A stretch of DNA of 45,686 bases from an uncultured archaeon (lineage in GTDB: Archaea > Asgardarchaeota > Heimdallarchaeia > Heimdallarchaeales > Heimdallarchaeaceae). Shown here in pieces: positions 37,596 to 45,686 of the stretch. Location: contig CAZJUB010000012.1 of NCBI GenBank assembly GCA_964549075.1, forward strand, positions 1 through 45,686. Direction: 5' to 3'. The first letter of the stretch is position 1, and each line of letters begins with the position of its first letter. A program made the position numbers and the translations under genes. The notes beneath the pieces are model-generated. The model ran no database searches and was not told where the DNA came from. It saw only the letters and a program-made list of their open reading frames with translations.

Positions 37596-38894
37596 ATGAA
37601 AAAAAACAAACTTTTCTCTCTATTAATTTTTTCAATTCTACTCTCCATTATTAATACAAATTACTCTTCTTATGCTTTGGATAATAGTGAACATATAGGT
37701 GAAAATTTACCCATCATCAATACTCAATATAATGCTACGTCTCCAACAGATTATTTTAATGAAACAACATACCCTAGATATGCACTTGCAACTAGACCTA
37801 TAGGTATGATTAAGTATCCTAACAAAGTAAATCCATCAATTGTAACCTATGGGAAAGAAATAAAACTGATAGTATCTGGTTCTTCAGAGATTACAAATTG
37901 GAATTTTACTTTAATAGATGACAATATTTCTTTTTCACTTGATATTATTAGTTCTAATTATGTAGAAAATAAATGGCATTTTACTACTTTACCTGAAATT
38001 GAAAGGGAAGGGCTCTATGATTTACAGCTCAATTGCAGTACAGGTGATGACTATCAGACCCATGCTGTGCAAATACTTGAGGAACAGCAATATCCTTTTA
38101 CTTTTGCACACATCTCAGATTCTCATTTTCCAGCGTATTATGAGGATTTTAATACCACCTCTATCAACCTAGAAACAATAGAAGATATCAAAGCAGTAGA
38201 TCCTGATTTTATTATTCATACAGGTGATCTAATTCAAGGTCCGACCTTGTATTTCTTGAACCCGGAAACTGGAAAACAAATGAGTTCTGAGATGCAGTAT
38301 AAACTCTCTCTTTGGGCTTTAGATTTGTTCGATAAACCTGTTTTCTTTATTTATGGGAACCACGAATTTATTTCATCATCTTTAATTCCTGATGACCCAA
38401 AAACGCAGTACTATAAGTACTTTGGAGATGTTGTCTATCAGAACTTTACTTATCTAGATTGGTCTTTTATAGGTTATGGTGCTGAATGGCCAGGATTATC
38501 TCAAATGGACTATGATGCTGTATTTGAAATTCTCACACAGAATTCTAATGGAGCAACAGTTCTTTATTATCACTACGATTTTGCAGGACATGCTTCTAAT
38601 TTATTGAAGAAATTTCCTATAGAATTAGCACTTTCAGGTCATATTCACCAAGAAGAACTATACATGAACAAAAATACTTTATACCATGTACAAGCTCCAT
38701 TATTTGAGCATGAATTTACACTTTTTACTATCCTGAATGAAACTAGTTTGAATGTTGATGCTCAGCTTTTTAATTTTGAACTACTTCCGTATGTACCACC
38801 AACTCCTATTGAGACTACAACAACAGCCTACGCTTTTGGACCTCTTATGATAATAATATTTAGCGTGATGGTATATTACTATAAAAGAAAGTAG
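37596..38894 (+). CDS. Secreted, C-terminally anchored metallophosphoesterase
   Basis: HISDSH, HTGDL, GNHE, SGHIH. Signal peptide, TTTT linker, TM and KRK. Confidence 0.88.
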   Translation: MKKNKLFSLLIFSILLSIINTNYSSYALDNSEHIGENLPIINTQYNATSPTDYFNETTYPRYALATRPIGMIKYPNKVNPSIVTYGKEIKLIVSGSSEITNWNFTLIDDNISFSLDIISSNYVENKWHFTTLPEIEREGLYDLQLNCSTGDDYQTHAVQILEEQQYPFTFAHISDSHFPAYYEDFNTTSINLETIEDIKAVDPDFIIHTGDLIQGPTLYFLNPETGKQMSSEMQYKLSLWALDLFDKPVFFIYGNHEFISSSLIPDDPKTQYYKYFGDVVYQNFTYLDWSFIGYGAEWPGLSQMDYDAVFEILTQNSNGATVLYYHYDFAGHASNLLKKFPIELALSGHIHQEELYMNKNTLYHVQAPLFEHEFTLFTILNETSLNVDAQLFNFELLPYVPPTPIETTTTAYAFGPLMIIIFSVMVYYYKRK

Positions 38895-38979
38895 TAAACT
38901 ATCTTTTTTTTCTTCTATATTAAACAAATTTATATTATTTATTTCTTAACTGATTCTTGTTTGAAGTAGAGGTAAGAAA

Positions 38980-40266
38980 ATGCTAGAGCTTGATAGATAT
39001 AAAACACCTTTAAATGAGGTGTTCTCTGAACAAAAGAAATTTGAATTACAGTTATTGGTAGAAAAAGAACTGGCTGATGCAAATTTTAAATTAGGAAAAA
39101 TACCTGAGGAAGCAAATAAAGTAATTCAAGAAAGATGTAATCCAAAATATGTAAAACTAACAAGAGTGAAGGAAATAGAAAAAGATGTTCATCATGATGT
39201 AATGAGTCTAGTTTATGCAATAGCTGAACAATGTGGAGATTATGGTGGTTATGTACATCTTGGTGCTACTTCCTATGATATCCAAGATACAGTGCGAGGT
39301 ATACAACTTACAACTGCAAAACAACAAATTCTTGAAGATTTACAAAAAACAATTGAAATTACCAAAGAATTAACATTAAAACATAAAAATCTGGCGTGTA
39401 TAGGTAGAACTCATGGTATTCACGCAATTCCCACAACTTATGGTATGAAATTTGGTAACTTTCTTAATGAATTAATTATTGCGAAAAAAGCTCTTGAAGA
39501 TGCTATCATTAATTTCGGAAAAATCTCAGGAGCAGTTGGAACATATGCTTCTTATGGTACCCAAGAAATAGAGGATATTGTTTTAAGTAAATTTAACCTG
39601 AAAAGACAACCTATAACAACTCAAGTAATCTCACGAGTTGTTCATGCAAAATTTATTCAATCGTTAGCTTTGATAGTTTCAGTTTTAGAGCATTTTGCAA
39701 AAGAGATAAGGAATCTTCAGAGAACTGAAATAGATGAAATAAGAGAATCTTTTGAGGGAAAACAAGTAGGGTCTTCCACTATGGCTCAAAAACGAAATCC
39801 CGAAAAAAGTGAACGAGTTTGTGGTATAGCGAGAGTAGTTAGAAGCTATTTACAACCTGCCATGGAAAATATCTGCTTAGAGCATGAAAGAGATCTCTCG
39901 AATTCTAGTACTGAACGTATAATCTTCTCTCAAACCTGTATTCTTACTCACTATGTAACTATACAGATGAATCAAATATTGTCATCTTTAAAATTAAATA
40001 AAGATAAGATTCAGTACAATTTGTATTTTAGAAAAGGAGCACAATGTGCTGAAAATCTTATGTTAAAATTATCTGATAAAATAGGTAGACAAAAAGCTCA
40101 CGAACTACTCAAAAACTTATCAAATGAAGATAATTTCACAGAAGCAGTCAAAAACAATGAAATCATAAATAATTACTTCGATAAAGAAGAAATTGATAAA
40201 ATACTTGATCCACTAAATTATCTTGGTTTATCACAAGATATTGTTGAAAAATTGCTGGATCTTTAG
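38980..40266 (+). CDS. purB: Adenylosuccinate lyase
   Basis: HHDV, HLGATSYD, GRTHG, SGAVG, GSSTMAQKRNP, EHERDLSNS. Confidence 0.95.
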   Translation: MLELDRYKTPLNEVFSEQKKFELQLLVEKELADANFKLGKIPEEANKVIQERCNPKYVKLTRVKEIEKDVHHDVMSLVYAIAEQCGDYGGYVHLGATSYDIQDTVRGIQLTTAKQQILEDLQKTIEITKELTLKHKNLACIGRTHGIHAIPTTYGMKFGNFLNELIIAKKALEDAIINFGKISGAVGTYASYGTQEIEDIVLSKFNLKRQPITTQVISRVVHAKFIQSLALIVSVLEHFAKEIRNLQRTEIDEIRESFEGKQVGSSTMAQKRNPEKSERVCGIARVVRSYLQPAMENICLEHERDLSNSSTERIIFSQTCILTHYVTIQMNQILSSLKLNKDKIQYNLYFRKGAQCAENLMLKLSDKIGRQKAHELLKNLSNEDNFTEAVKNNEIINNYFDKEEIDKILDPLNYLGLSQDIVEKLLDL

Positions 40267-40286
40267 TTTTCAAACTGCTTTTTAGC

Positions 40287-42803
40287 TTAACCATATAACT
40301 GCTGAAGCATTGTTTTTTCTCCTGCTAAAATCTCTTCAACAAATAGGTTTTTACTTATCTTATGTAAAATCTCAAGCAAAGCTGTCTCGGGTTTGTCATA
40401 TGTTTTAGGAGTTCCTAAAACTGATTTGATTGTTGTTTGCTGATTACCTTCCCATTCATTGATATTATATTGAATTGTTAAAAGTAAACTTCCAAATTCT
40501 TCGATACCTGTACTAGCAAAGTATTCTGAAGCTTGAACTATTATTTCATTGTAGTCTCTTTCTCCTTTTACAATAAAATTCCATAAAAGATCTATAAGAT
40601 ACAGAACTCCTTTTAAGTAGTAATAGTTTGCTTCAGTTACCAAACCATTTATTAAACCAATATAGTTATCAACTTCTTGAGCTACGAAAGGATCTTGTAA
40701 ATTGTCTTTGTTTATCTCTATTACAAGAAGTATCAAATTAAAAAGAATACCGGATGAAATTAGTTTATCGGTTTCAAGAGTTTTTTGAATTGTTGAAGCG
40801 AGAATGGTGTATGCTTCGACATAGTCATTCTTGTACATCTTCCTTAATGCCTCAAGATATACTATCCAGTTCGCTAGCTCCTTAATTTCATTTTGAGAAT
40901 CCTTAAGTTTTGCTAACATTTCTTCAAACAATTCTTCATTATCTTCAATAATGTATAATAAACCTTTTTCCACGTAAAGCTTGTTCAAAATTAGTCTTAA
41001 ATTATTATCAATTAAATATCTCTCAGCATATTTATAATTCTCTTTGGAATCCTCAAACCGATTCAAATACAGATTCACTTTTGCTTTATTCATATTAATT
41101 ATGACATTTTCTACATAATCTTCTTCTTCATTAAGTAATCCAAGAACTTTATTGTATCTTGCGAGGCTTTCTTTGAAATCTCCTTTAATAGCTAGTATAT
41201 CAGCTATTTTTCTTAAACATCGTATTCTCTTATTTTTATCAAACACATCAGAGTAGTGACTGTATGAAGATCTCAGTTTAACTAAAGCTTCATCAAATTT
41301 ACCTTGTTGAATATCAAATGATGCTTGTAATTCTTTGATTTCTGCAATTTTCATACTATCAGATATTCTTAAAAAGAAATTTTTAGCTCTTTCAAGATGA
41401 TTCTCTGCTTTCTTGATTTCTCCGAGTTTTGTATAAGCTTCTGCAATTACAATATCACAATTTGCTAAGCTGTCTTCATCTCCAACTTCATGATATAGAA
41501 TTTGACATGCTTGAAGGGAAAATATCTGTTTTCTTATATCCTCACTTCTATTAATCGCAATTTGTGCTCTTATCCGAAGAGCATCTGCTTTTCCTCTCTG
41601 ATACTGTATTTCCTCAGAAAGTGTTTCAATTTGGTCGGTTCTTTTAAGTGCTGAAACAAAATTTCCTTGTCTAAAATCCTGAACTGCAATTTGAACTAAA
41701 GCTTTAGCGAATTGTCTTTTATTAGCAATATTTACAATTTGACTGTATGCTTTATCATAAATTTCTTGTGCTTTTTCTTTTTCATTGGTTGTTGCATAGC
41801 TATCTGCTAGAGCCAGCAATGTCATGAAAGTATTATTATAATCTTTGTAAATTTTAAAAAGTGAATTTGCCATTTCTAAACTATTTCTAGCTAACTTGTG
41901 ATTCCCTAATTTAACTAAAATCTGCCCACGAATAAAATGACCTTTGGCTGCATAATATTGAGAAATGCCTTGTAGTTTATCATTTGTTTGTGCTGCTAGA
42001 ATATTGCCGTTTTTTAAATCTCCTTTGAGGAACTGTACATGTGCGAGTCCTACATCAGAAGCACCTATCAGTGGAATATTAGCTAGATTTTGTGCTAATT
42101 TTCTCGCTTGTGTAAATATTTTTTCAGAAGCTATATAATCTGATGAATCTAATTGTTGCTCACCTAACAAAAGCAGAGCAATTAATTGCCAGTATTGATC
42201 CTTTTCTTCTTTACGATTTTCAGCAAACTCTTCTATTTTTTTGATACCTGCAATATTGCTAGCAGATTGAAGTTCAACAAGACCTTCAATAAAGTCTTTT
42301 AATTCTAACACTTGTTGAGGAATTCTTCTTATACTTCTTGGATTGAAAATATCTTCTAATCTGTTTTTATATTTATCAATATTTTCAGTATCACCTATAA
42401 GTTGTTTAAGATATATTATCCAAAATATCGCTTCTATAAGAGGGATATAATCTGCAGTTTCAGTGTCAATAACTTGTTGCAGTAAGGAAATACATTCTTC
42501 AATCTCTCCAATCTCAAAAAGAGCAACGCTACCCCATACTTTTGTTCCTAAAATAGTGTCTGTAATAGATTTAATTGCTAGGTCATATTGACCAGTTATT
42601 ACACCAATCTTACTTGCTAAGTATCTTAGTTCTTCGTCAGTTTCATATACAGGATCATCAATAATGTTCCAAAGAATTCTCCCTATTTGTTTAGATGACT
42701 CAACAGTAAATCTTCCCTCAAGAGTTTGAACAATGAAATCAGTAAGCTCTGGACTTATACGATTTCTGTGTGCAGCAATTTCAGGAGGTATAGATTCAGT
42801 CAT
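40287..42803 (-). CDS. Large tetratricopeptide-repeat protein
   Basis: Repeating helical units such as LKGDLKNG, KLGNHKLA, RQGNFVSA, QQGKFDEA, IKGDFKES. Likely ATG at 42803. Confidence 0.82.
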   Translation of the reverse strand: MTESIPPEIAAHRNRISPELTDFIVQTLEGRFTVESSKQIGRILWNIIDDPVYETDEELRYLASKIGVITGQYDLAIKSITDTILGTKVWGSVALFEIGEIEECISLLQQVIDTETADYIPLIEAIFWIIYLKQLIGDTENIDKYKNRLEDIFNPRSIRRIPQQVLELKDFIEGLVELQSASNIAGIKKIEEFAENRKEEKDQYWQLIALLLLGEQQLDSSDYIASEKIFTQARKLAQNLANIPLIGASDVGLAHVQFLKGDLKNGNILAAQTNDKLQGISQYYAAKGHFIRGQILVKLGNHKLARNSLEMANSLFKIYKDYNNTFMTLLALADSYATTNEKEKAQEIYDKAYSQIVNIANKRQFAKALVQIAVQDFRQGNFVSALKRTDQIETLSEEIQYQRGKADALRIRAQIAINRSEDIRKQIFSLQACQILYHEVGDEDSLANCDIVIAEAYTKLGEIKKAENHLERAKNFFLRISDSMKIAEIKELQASFDIQQGKFDEALVKLRSSYSHYSDVFDKNKRIRCLRKIADILAIKGDFKESLARYNKVLGLLNEEEDYVENVIINMNKAKVNLYLNRFEDSKENYKYAERYLIDNNLRLILNKLYVEKGLLYIIEDNEELFEEMLAKLKDSQNEIKELANWIVYLEALRKMYKNDYVEAYTILASTIQKTLETDKLISSGILFNLILLVIEINKDNLQDPFVAQEVDNYIGLINGLVTEANYYYLKGVLYLIDLLWNFIVKGERDYNEIIVQASEYFASTGIEEFGSLLLTIQYNINEWEGNQQTTIKSVLGTPKTYDKPETALLEILHKISKNLFVEEILAGEKTMLQQLYG

Positions 42804-42873
42804 TTGTAATCCTTCTATAAGCAATAATTATAAAATAAAGAGAGATTACAATAAAAAAACTTTATGTAACTGT

Positions 42874-43122
42874 TTAATCAATTTTCAGTGCTTCAAGATT
42901 TACGTTTATTACCTTTTTTACACCAGGAATTCTTTCCTTTAGTATTCTTTCTACATAATCTGTTAATGTCAGCTGACTGTATGGGCAACCTCTACACGCA
43001 CCTTGCAGTTCTACTCTAACAACGCCAGTATCTTCATTAACTTCAACAAGTTCTATGTCTCCTCCATCTTGTTGAAGAGCAACACGAATTTCATTAAGTG
43101 TAGCTTGAACCTTGTCTTTCAT
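42874..43122 (-). CDS. NifU/NfuA-like Fe-S carrier
   Basis: IRVALQQDGGDIELV...LQGACRGCP. ATG at 43122. Confidence 0.92.
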   Translation of the reverse strand: MKDKVQATLNEIRVALQQDGGDIELVEVNEDTGVVRVELQGACRGCPYSQLTLTDYVERILKERIPGVKKVINVNLEALKID

Positions 43123-43209
43123 AATTATCACTAATTTTACTGATTGTTTTAGCATAGTGAGATGCATTTAAAGGTGTTTGTCTCGTACAAAATTTACATA
43201 AATTCATGT

Positions 43210-43767
43210 CTATGAGGTTCCAGTTTGTTCTAATTTTTGGTAAGTACTACTTGTAAAAGGAATTAATGCCATTAAAATAGCTCGTCTAAAAACATCTTTT
43301 CTCATAACTCGATTTCCTGTAAATATTGCAGTACACCCTCCTTTCTGCTTGACATTTTTTTCTTTTGAAATCCGATCCATTATGTCTCCTAATTCAATTT
43401 TCTTATTCTCTTTAAGTTCATTATAGACACTTTTAGGTAAGGGCATTCGACCACCACCTGCTAGAGATTTCTTACCATTTTTATCAATAATACAAACATA
43501 CCATGTTAGAAAAGCTCCGTAGATGTCTTCAAACATACCTCCTTCCATACTGACATAGTAATCTGCTTCAGTGAGATTTTGTGCGATTTCTACTCTTTTT
43601 ACAGCTGAATCTAAAGTCTCTTCTGAAGATAAAGGCTGCTGTAAAACTCCAGTGTGTTGAGAAACATCTATAGTTTCGACTTTTACATTAGAAAAATGGG
43701 ATCTAAATGCTTCTTTTGCAGCAGAAATCTTGACGGGATTTGTTGAGCATACAACTATTTTCATCAT
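43210..43767 (-). CDS. yjjX: Inosine/xanthosine triphosphatase (non-canonical purine NTP phosphatase)
   Basis: STNPVKI, QP, EGG, ELGD, KQKGG. Confidence 0.9.
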   Translation of the reverse strand: MMKIVVCSTNPVKISAAKEAFRSHFSNVKVETIDVSQHTGVLQQPLSSEETLDSAVKRVEIAQNLTEADYYVSMEGGMFEDIYGAFLTWYVCIIDKNGKKSLAGGGRMPLPKSVYNELKENKKIELGDIMDRISKEKNVKQKGGCTAIFTGNRVMRKDVFRRAILMALIPFTSSTYQKLEQTGTS

Positions 43768-43832
43768 TTTCAATCTCTAAATAATGATATCTTTTTTAAG
43801 CATGATGTACAAACATAATTTAGGTGTTTAGG

Positions 43833-44663
43833 ATGAATGAGTGCCACTATTGTAAAAATCCAGTGCAATCTCATTGGAACTTTTGTCGAAAATGTGGAGC
43901 AAGACTAGTTCATAAAGAAGAATCAGAGCTTGTTGTAAGATCAAACGAAGTCATTGAAACAGCAAAAGAAGACCCGGAGTCTCCAACAGGAATGATTTAT
44001 GAACCTCTAGAAGCAGAAGAAATAGAAGTTGAGGAAAAGGAAGAAGAAAAAAGAGAACTTACTGATGATGAACTTGTTGAAAGAATTGCGGATGTAATTA
44101 TAAAAAGAGAAGAATATAATGTACTTTTAAGGAAAAAAACAGAACTTGATGATGAAATAAACAAACTTCTTGATAGAGTTAAAAATAAACTGATTCCTAG
44201 AGATGAAGCCTTACCAAGGATTAAAAAATTAAAAGAAGAAGTAGAAGAAGTTACTTCTCAAGAAGAAAAATTCGAAAATTTCTCTGCAATCTTACCAATT
44301 GAAGAGATTATTGAGGATAGAAACAATGAACGTAAAAAACTCAAAAAATTAGGCGGTTTGAAAGGAGATAAAGCTGTAAGTAGAGCTACCTTGGAAGAGA
44401 TGGAAACTAAATTTCAGAAAAATATAGAAAATCTCACTACAAAATTAAATATTGAGTTAGCAAAAATGCGAAAGACCTTCGATGCCCTTGAAAGAAAAAT
44501 GAAATCTCTTCAAAGAGATTTAGAAGTTTTATACGTCAATTCACAAACAGGTGAAATTACAACAGTGGAGTATGAGCAACATAAGAAAGAGAAATCCAAA
44601 GAAATAGACAGAATGAAAAAAGTTAGTAAAACTGTTGCAAGCATCCTAGCTGAAGCGAGATAA
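43833..44663 (+). CDS. Zinc-ribbon plus coiled-coil protein, CdvA-like C-terminus
   Basis: CHYC...FCRKCG, an acidic linker, and helical hairpin units ending LEVLYVNSQTGEITTVEYE. Confidence 0.7.
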   Translation: MNECHYCKNPVQSHWNFCRKCGARLVHKEESELVVRSNEVIETAKEDPESPTGMIYEPLEAEEIEVEEKEEEKRELTDDELVERIADVIIKREEYNVLLRKKTELDDEINKLLDRVKNKLIPRDEALPRIKKLKEEVEEVTSQEEKFENFSAILPIEEIIEDRNNERKKLKKLGGLKGDKAVSRATLEEMETKFQKNIENLTTKLNIELAKMRKTFDALERKMKSLQRDLEVLYVNSQTGEITTVEYEQHKKEKSKEIDRMKKVSKTVASILAEAR

Positions 44664-44675
44664 GTAGGTGAAAAA

Positions 44676-45662
44676 ATGATATCGGATCCAATACATACAA
44701 TTAATGATAGGTTATCTGTTGTTGAAGGACCTTCAGGTGATGGCGGAGAACGCAACAGAGGATATCTACTTGGGAAAGATTCTTTTGCAATTATCAATAC
44801 TGGAAGAAAGGGAACTTTAGAACACGCTTTTCTTGAAGCAATTCATAACAAAGGAAAGGAAGCAAAAAATGTAAAGTATATTTTTATAACACATCCGTAT
44901 CCAGATGTAATCGGTGGAGTTTATCATTTAAAGAAAATATTTCCCAAAGCTCAAGTAGCTATTCATGAAAAATGCGAAGCAATAATGAAGGATCCGAATA
45001 CAATACGAACTGAAAATTTTAGGTTTACTAGAAAAGAAAAACTGTATTTTGCAGTGAAAAAAGATCCTTTTGATGATATAGAAAAATTTCAAGCAGATAT
45101 TTATTTCAAGGATGGAGACAAATTTGAGATTGATAATACAAAGTTAATGGTTATTAACTTTGACAGCGTCTGTAAAGGACATAGCATGTTTTTTGCAACT
45201 AATGAAAGAGTTATGTTTTCTGGAGATGCACTAAATCTTTATCCTGCACTACCAAGTAGCTACTTAATAGATTTCTCAGGCTCTTATAAAAAATGGTTGA
45301 ATAATTTGGAATTTCTTGAAAAAGCCCAGAATATATCTATGATTTGTCCTGCCCATGATAACTATCAGGAAGATAGACATGTTATACCTTACATTTCTGA
45401 TGTAAAAGAAGCATTTCATCAATTTGAAAATCAGTTAGAGATGGCAATGACTGAACAAAAATATCTAACTATGAATGAGCTGATAGAACGAGTGCATAAT
45501 TCACAAGGAATTGTTTGGTATCATCCATATTCTCTTTTAGCTCCAAAAACCAATATGACAGCTCATTTACAGAAATTATTGGATGAAGAAAAAATCCAAA
45601 GAAATGAAAAAACAGAGCCTATTACTTATACTTATATTGCGCAAAAAGATAATTTCTTCTAA
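44676..45662 (+). CDS. MBL-fold protein with degenerate metal-binding motif and probable C-terminal winged helix
   Basis: IINTG, ITHPYPDVIGG (vs HxHxDH), FSGDA, PAH, and C-terminal AHLQKLLDEEKI. Confidence 0.82.
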   Translation: MISDPIHTINDRLSVVEGPSGDGGERNRGYLLGKDSFAIINTGRKGTLEHAFLEAIHNKGKEAKNVKYIFITHPYPDVIGGVYHLKKIFPKAQVAIHEKCEAIMKDPNTIRTENFRFTRKEKLYFAVKKDPFDDIEKFQADIYFKDGDKFEIDNTKLMVINFDSVCKGHSMFFATNERVMFSGDALNLYPALPSSYLIDFSGSYKKWLNNLEFLEKAQNISMICPAHDNYQEDRHVIPYISDVKEAFHQFENQLEMAMTEQKYLTMNELIERVHNSQGIVWYHPYSLLAPKTNMTAHLQKLLDEEKIQRNEKTEPITYTYIAQKDNFF

Positions 45663-45686
45663 GCAAAATTGCTTAGAATCCTTCTA

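Noticed and set aside
479-44797. Other short ORFs in the track nested in or antisense to long genes (e.g. 479, 6040, 8529, 9758, 9792, 10020, 15709, 20430, 21315, 21757, 21890, 22215, 22610, 26749, 28723, 29997, 30760, 32047, 32292, 32727, 42733, 44510)
   Set aside because: They overlap well-supported CDSs and show no recognisable motifs.
45657-45678. Perfect 10-bp inverted repeat TTCTAAGCAA-AA-TTGCTTAGAA over the last stop codon
   Set aside because: It may be a terminator or binding site, but it is at the window edge with no second copy seen, so it cannot be interpreted.
1-45686. CRISPR array, rRNA or tRNA genes, intact transposase or integrase
   Set aside because: No regularly spaced repeats, RNA-gene signatures or recombinase motifs were seen. 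The intergenic gaps are short.

Overview
AT-rich, gene-dense archaeal chromosomal segment, most consistent with an Asgard archaeon, probably Heimdallarchaeia. This taxonomy is inferred from a group II chaperonin, archease plus RtcB, a class III archaeal pilin, a V4R protein, a large TPR protein and many C-terminally anchored surface proteins. Core content is amino-acid catabolism: two divergent histidine ammonia-lyase paralogs, hutI, hutU, glycine cleavage gcvH/PA/PB/T and an ADP-forming acyl-CoA synthetase beta subunit. The window also holds an RNA repair/nuclease/GTPase group, chaperone and redox genes, purB and several secreted proteins. Features missing from the ORF track: (i) a TnpB C-terminal remnant with an omegaRNA-like two-hairpin/pseudoknot structure between the two hutH genes; (ii) a GIY-YIG-containing ~0.5 kb segment bounded by a 9-bp direct repeat equal to the last codons of the thermosome gene; (iii) an 80-nt intergenic long hairpin; (iv) a 59-aa small ORF; (v) a partial metallophosphoesterase at the left edge. 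Unusual protein architectures: thioredoxin-V4R-V4R, split-barrel-MenA fusion, a 920-aa pilin with 9 beta-sandwich repeats, a membrane-anchored legumain/GPI8-like C13 peptidase, and a Zn-ribbon CdvA-like coiled coil next to a degenerate MBL-fold protein. No rRNA, tRNA or CRISPR array was recognised. All calls come from reading motifs by eye; no database searches were run.
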